NCBI GenBank assembly: GCA_031278675.1
Contig: JAITJY010000318.1
Coordinates: 1 to 33,676, forward strand
Length of the DNA stretch: 33,676 nt
DNA from: Bifidobacteriaceae bacterium
GTDB lineage: Bacteria; Actinomycetota; Actinomycetes; Actinomycetales; WQXJ01
Reading direction: 5' to 3'
Below are positions 30,972 to 33,676 of this stretch, one piece after another. The stretch's first letter is position 1, and the number at the start of each line of letters is the position of its first letter. Under the pieces are notes generated by a model. That model was not told where the DNA came from and did no database searches. It saw only the letters and a list, made by a program, of their open reading frames with translations. The position numbers and the translations under genes are program-made.

Positions 30972-32687
30972 TCAGATCCAGCTAGGCATCCACATGTGGA
31001 GCTGCCAGAAGATCTTGGGCACAGACCCCGCGGACCAGATCGGCCAGAAGAAGGCGGACATGAAGAGAATCAAGCTCAGCAACACAGTGACCGCGATGAT
31101 CGCCCGGCGCCGCCGGCGCGGCTGCGGGTCCGCGGGCCGCGCGAAGGGACTCAGCGCGGCGGCGCCCAGGTCGGCGGGCCAACGGGCGCCTCGCGCCGCC
31201 GGCCGCAGATCGCCGAATTCGCCGACCGCCCGTCCGCTGACCGCTCTGGCCGGAGCTCGGGCAATTCCAAGGCCCGCCGCCCCATCAGAGCCGACAGGCG
31301 GTCCTATCAGCCTGCCCGCGGCGTACGCCAGCGCCAACACAACATACGGCAAGAACGCCACCGTGTAGAAATTGAAAATGGTTCGGTGCGCGTAGAACAA
31401 CCAAGGCAGATAGCCGCCGACGTAGCCCATGAGGATCGCCCAGCAGCGGCGGTCCGCCCACACCACCGCGTTGTAAATCACCACTCCGAGCGCGATCACG
31501 CCGAACCACCAGATCAACGGGTTGCCCAGAGCCAGAATCTCTTGGCTGCATTCCGCGCTGGAACAAGTCGGGTGAGTCGTGTAATAAACACACGTCGGCC
31601 GTTGCTGGATCAGCCAGAGCGCCGGATTCGACATGTACGTGTGTTCGGAGGTCAAGGTGGTGTGGAACTTATACGCCTCCAAGTGGTAATGCAACAAGGA
31701 CCGGAGCGGGGCCGGGAGCCACAGCACACCCTCACCGGGGTTCTTATCCGCCCAATCCCTAAAGTACCCGCCCTTGGTCATAAGCCAGCCGGTCCAGCTG
31801 CCAACATAGACGACGAACGCCACCGGCACCATCAGCAAGAATGCCTTCACGCCGTCGAGCAGGCAGCCGGCCGCCACCCAACGCCGCACCCCAGCGCGGC
31901 GGCGCGCCGCCGCGTCCCAAGCCACCACCAGCGCGCCGAACGCCGCGAGGAAGAACAACCCCGACCACTTGACCCCGGTCGCGAGTCCCAACGCGACCCC
32001 CGCGCCAACCAGGTGCCAACGCATCCCCAGCCGGGGCCCATAAACCCGCCCCGGATACCGCGGCGCGCCGTTGGCCCCATGGCCCACCGGCGTTCTGAGG
32101 GCGAGCGCCAAACGCTCGTCCATCACCGCCCTGTCTTTCAGCGTGAACCAGAACCCCAACAGCGCGAAGAACATCAGGAACACGTCGAGCAGGCCGGTCC
32201 GCGAAAGCACGATCCCGATCCCGTCGACCGCCAGCAGCAGCCCAGCGATCAGACCCAACGCTTGCGAGTTGAACAAACGCCAGCCCACCAGGATCACAAG
32301 GAACACCGCGGCTGTCCCGAAGAGAGCTGTCGAGAATCGCCAGCCAAACGACGAATCCGGCCCGAATAGCCACATCCCCAAGCCGATCAACCATTTGCCG
32401 ACCGGCGGATGCACCGCATATGAAGGATCCGTGAGCATCGCCGAGAAATCGCCCGCGGCGAACAGGTGGTCCATGTCCTCGGCCCACTTCGACTCGTAGC
32501 CGCGCCGCATCAGCGAATACGCGTCCTTGACGTAGTAGGTCTCGTCGAACATCAATGTGTAAGGCGCCTCGAGGTTCCAGAACCGCAGCGCGCCGCCCAG
32601 AACCGTCACGGCGAACGGCCCGAACCAGCGCTCCAACCACGCCTGACGGCGTAAAGTACGCGTGGCGACGACGGGTGCTGGACTCAC
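30972..32687 (-). CDS. pmt: Protein O-mannosyltransferase (polyprenol-phosphate-mannose-dependent, GT39/PMT family)
   Basis: 571 aa and polytopic. N-terminal LRFWNLEAPYTLMFDETYYVKDAYSLMRRGYE (the DE motif of the PMT family). The actinobacterial Pmt architecture is present, along with the divergent rsmI neighbour. GTG start. Confidence 0.85.
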   Translation of the reverse strand: MSPAPVVATRTLRRQAWLERWFGPFAVTVLGGALRFWNLEAPYTLMFDETYYVKDAYSLMRRGYESKWAEDMDHLFAAGDFSAMLTDPSYAVHPPVGKWLIGLGMWLFGPDSSFGWRFSTALFGTAAVFLVILVGWRLFNSQALGLIAGLLLAVDGIGIVLSRTGLLDVFLMFFALLGFWFTLKDRAVMDERLALALRTPVGHGANGAPRYPGRVYGPRLGMRWHLVGAGVALGLATGVKWSGLFFLAAFGALVVAWDAAARRRAGVRRWVAAGCLLDGVKAFLLMVPVAFVVYVGSWTGWLMTKGGYFRDWADKNPGEGVLWLPAPLRSLLHYHLEAYKFHTTLTSEHTYMSNPALWLIQQRPTCVYYTTHPTCSSAECSQEILALGNPLIWWFGVIALGVVIYNAVVWADRRCWAILMGYVGGYLPWLFYAHRTIFNFYTVAFLPYVVLALAYAAGRLIGPPVGSDGAAGLGIARAPARAVSGRAVGEFGDLRPAARGARWPADLGAAALSPFARPADPQPRRRRRAIIAVTVLLSLILFMSAFFWPIWSAGSVPKIFWQLHMWMPSWI

Positions 32688-32694
32688 AACGCCC

Positions 32695-32701
32695 TATCGT
32701 A
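32695..32701. promoter_or_regulatory. Overlapping back-to-back -10 hexamers for divergent leaderless pmt and rsmI
   Basis: On the plus strand, TATCGT (32695-32700) lies 7 nt before GTG 32708 (rsmI). On the minus strand, TACGAT (32701-32696) lies 8 nt before GTG 32687 (pmt). The whole intergenic gap is only 20 bp. Confidence 0.4.
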
Positions 32702-32707
32702 CGGTCT

Positions 32708-33616
32708 GTGACTGCTGAGACGGTCGGCATCGTGCTGGCGGCGACACCCATCGGCGACGTGCGCGACGCGAGCGCGCGCTTGAGCGAACTGCTGGAGACG
32801 GCTGCGGTGATCGCGGCTGAGGACACGCGGCGGCTGCGGCGGCTCGCCGCGCGGCTGGGCGTGACGCTGAGCGGGCAGGTGGTCTCGTTCTTCGACCACA
32901 ACGAGGCGTCGCGGGCGCCGTGGCTGGTCGAACGGGCGCGGGAGGGGCTGGTGGTGGTGGTCTCGGACGCGGGGACGCCACTGGTCGCGGACCCGGGCTT
33001 CGGCCTGACGCGCGCCGCGATCGCCGCGGGCGTGCCGTTGACGTGCGCGCCGGGGCCGTCGGCGGTGCTGGCGGCGCTCGCGTTGTCCGGATTGCCGGCG
33101 CATCGGTTCGCGTTCGAGGGCTTCGTGCCGCGCGCGGCGGGGCGGCGGCGGGCGTGGCTCGACACGTTGGTCGCAGAGCCGCGGACCGTCGTCGCCTTCG
33201 ATTCGCCGCGGCGTGTGGCGGCCACCTTGCACGATGCCGTCGCTCGCCTCGGTCCCGAACGGCCCGCTTGTGTGGCGCGTGAGTTGACGAAGCCCCATGA
33301 AGAGGTGCTCCGTGGCACGCTCCGCGAGCTGGCGGAGATGGCGCGCGCGAGCGAGTTGCTGGGCGAGGTGACGTTGGTGATAGGCGGGCACGCGGCGCGC
33401 GGGGCGGGTTCCGCGCCTGCGGCTGTTGGGGCTGGAGCTGGTGTTGGGGCTGGTGTTGGGGCTGGTGTTGAGGCTGGTGTTGGCTCGGCTGGCGCCGGTG
33501 GGGTTGGCGGCGCGATCGGCGGTGGGCCACTGGGCTTAGGCGCGGCCGGCGAGGATCACGGCGCGATGGCCGCAGCCGTCGCCGAGGTTGTGGGCTCGGT
33601 CGCGGCTGGTCAGACC
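32708..33616 (+). CDS. rsmI: 16S rRNA (cytidine1402-2'-O)-methyltransferase RsmI, 3' end not reliable (runs into terminal palindrome and the window end without a stop)
   Basis: This ORF is not in the supplied track because no stop codon is reached. My translation from GTG 32708 reads VTAETVGIVLAATPIGDVRDASARL..VIAAEDTRRL..VVVVSDAGTPLVADPGF..CAPGPSAVLAALALSGLP..FAFEGFVPR..VVAFDSPRR..ARELTKPHEEVLRGTL..GEVTLVIGG. These are tetrapyrrole-methylase-fold RsmI motifs. Confidence 0.85.
33437..33484. repeat. 12-bp in-frame tandem repeat (GCTGGTGTTGGG x4, last two units with one substitution each) in the rsmI 3' region
   Basis: GCT GGT GTT GGG / GCT GGT GTT GGG / GCT GGT GTT GAG / GCT GGT GTT GGC. Degenerate units lie at 33422-33436. 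It encodes (AGVG)n. Confidence 0.9.
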
Positions 33617-33676
33617 GGTCTGACCAGCCGCGACCGAGCCCACAACCTCGGCGACGGCTGCGGCCATCGCGCCGTG
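33557..33676. repeat. Perfect 120-bp palindrome (60-bp arms, no loop, centre between 33616 and 33617) reaching the last base of the window
   Basis: I checked every position i against 67233-i from 33557/33676 inward to 33616/33617. All 60 pairs are complementary. Confidence 0.95.

Noticed and set aside
33422-33484. Possible CRISPR-like or regulatory repeat array
   Set aside because: The unit is only 12 bp, has no spacers, and is in frame within rsmI. It is a coding minisatellite, not a CRISPR array.
30996-33530. Long ORFs (457 aa plus strand; 519, 235 and 278 aa minus strand) overlapping pmt and rsmI
   Set aside because: Their composition is Arg/Pro/His/Gln-rich (for example QHQPQHQPQHQ, produced by the 12-bp repeat). 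They are antisense or out of frame relative to genes with clear PMT and RsmI motifs.
33557-33676. Rho-independent terminator or linear-replicon telomere hairpin
   Set aside because: It has no loop and no T-tract, its arms are far longer than terminator stems, and it lies inside an open reading frame of a core gene. The symmetry runs exactly to the sequence end, which favours an artefact.
1-33676. tRNA, rRNA, CRISPR, transposase or integrase genes
   Set aside because: Scanning by eye found no T-loop-like GGTTCGAATCC-type motifs, no rRNA-like stretches, no spaced repeat arrays, and no DDE or tyrosine recombinase-like translations. Covariance-model tools (tRNAscan-SE, Infernal) should confirm this.

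Overview
High-GC (about 70% or more) actinobacterial chromosomal segment. I found no rRNA, tRNA, CRISPR array, transposase or integrase. There are four blocks.

(1) 240-9720, minus strand: a tightly translationally coupled 7-gene operon. It encodes a GNAT/GST_C-like fusion, a GsiABCD/Dpp-type ABC importer (two permeases, a fused double ATPase, a family-5 lipoprotein binding protein) and two Xi-class GST (glutathionyl-hydroquinone reductase) paralogs.

(2) About 9721-13433: a visibly lower-GC islet. It carries an 895-aa multidomain ORF (degenerate P-loop kinase-like region, then a TIR/nucleoside-2-deoxyribosyltransferase-like region, then a C-terminal PNP_UDP-type nucleosidase domain). A small composition-matched ORF precedes it, and a decayed galE pseudogene follows the islet. 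This is my best candidate for an undescribed nucleotide-targeting conflict or defence system.

(3) 14474-29157: a Wzx/Wzy-type cell-surface polysaccharide cluster. It contains a flippase, three GT4 glycosyltransferases, a Wzy-like polymerase, a WecA-like/SDR fusion, a CapD-type dehydratase, WecB, WecC and Ugd. This predicts a uronic-acid-rich (teichuronic-acid-like) polymer.

(4) 29283-33676: core genes mntH, pmt and a divergent rsmI.

The window ends in a perfect 120-bp zero-loop palindrome, which looks like a fold-back assembly artefact that truncates rsmI. All functional calls come from motif recognition by eye. No database search was run.
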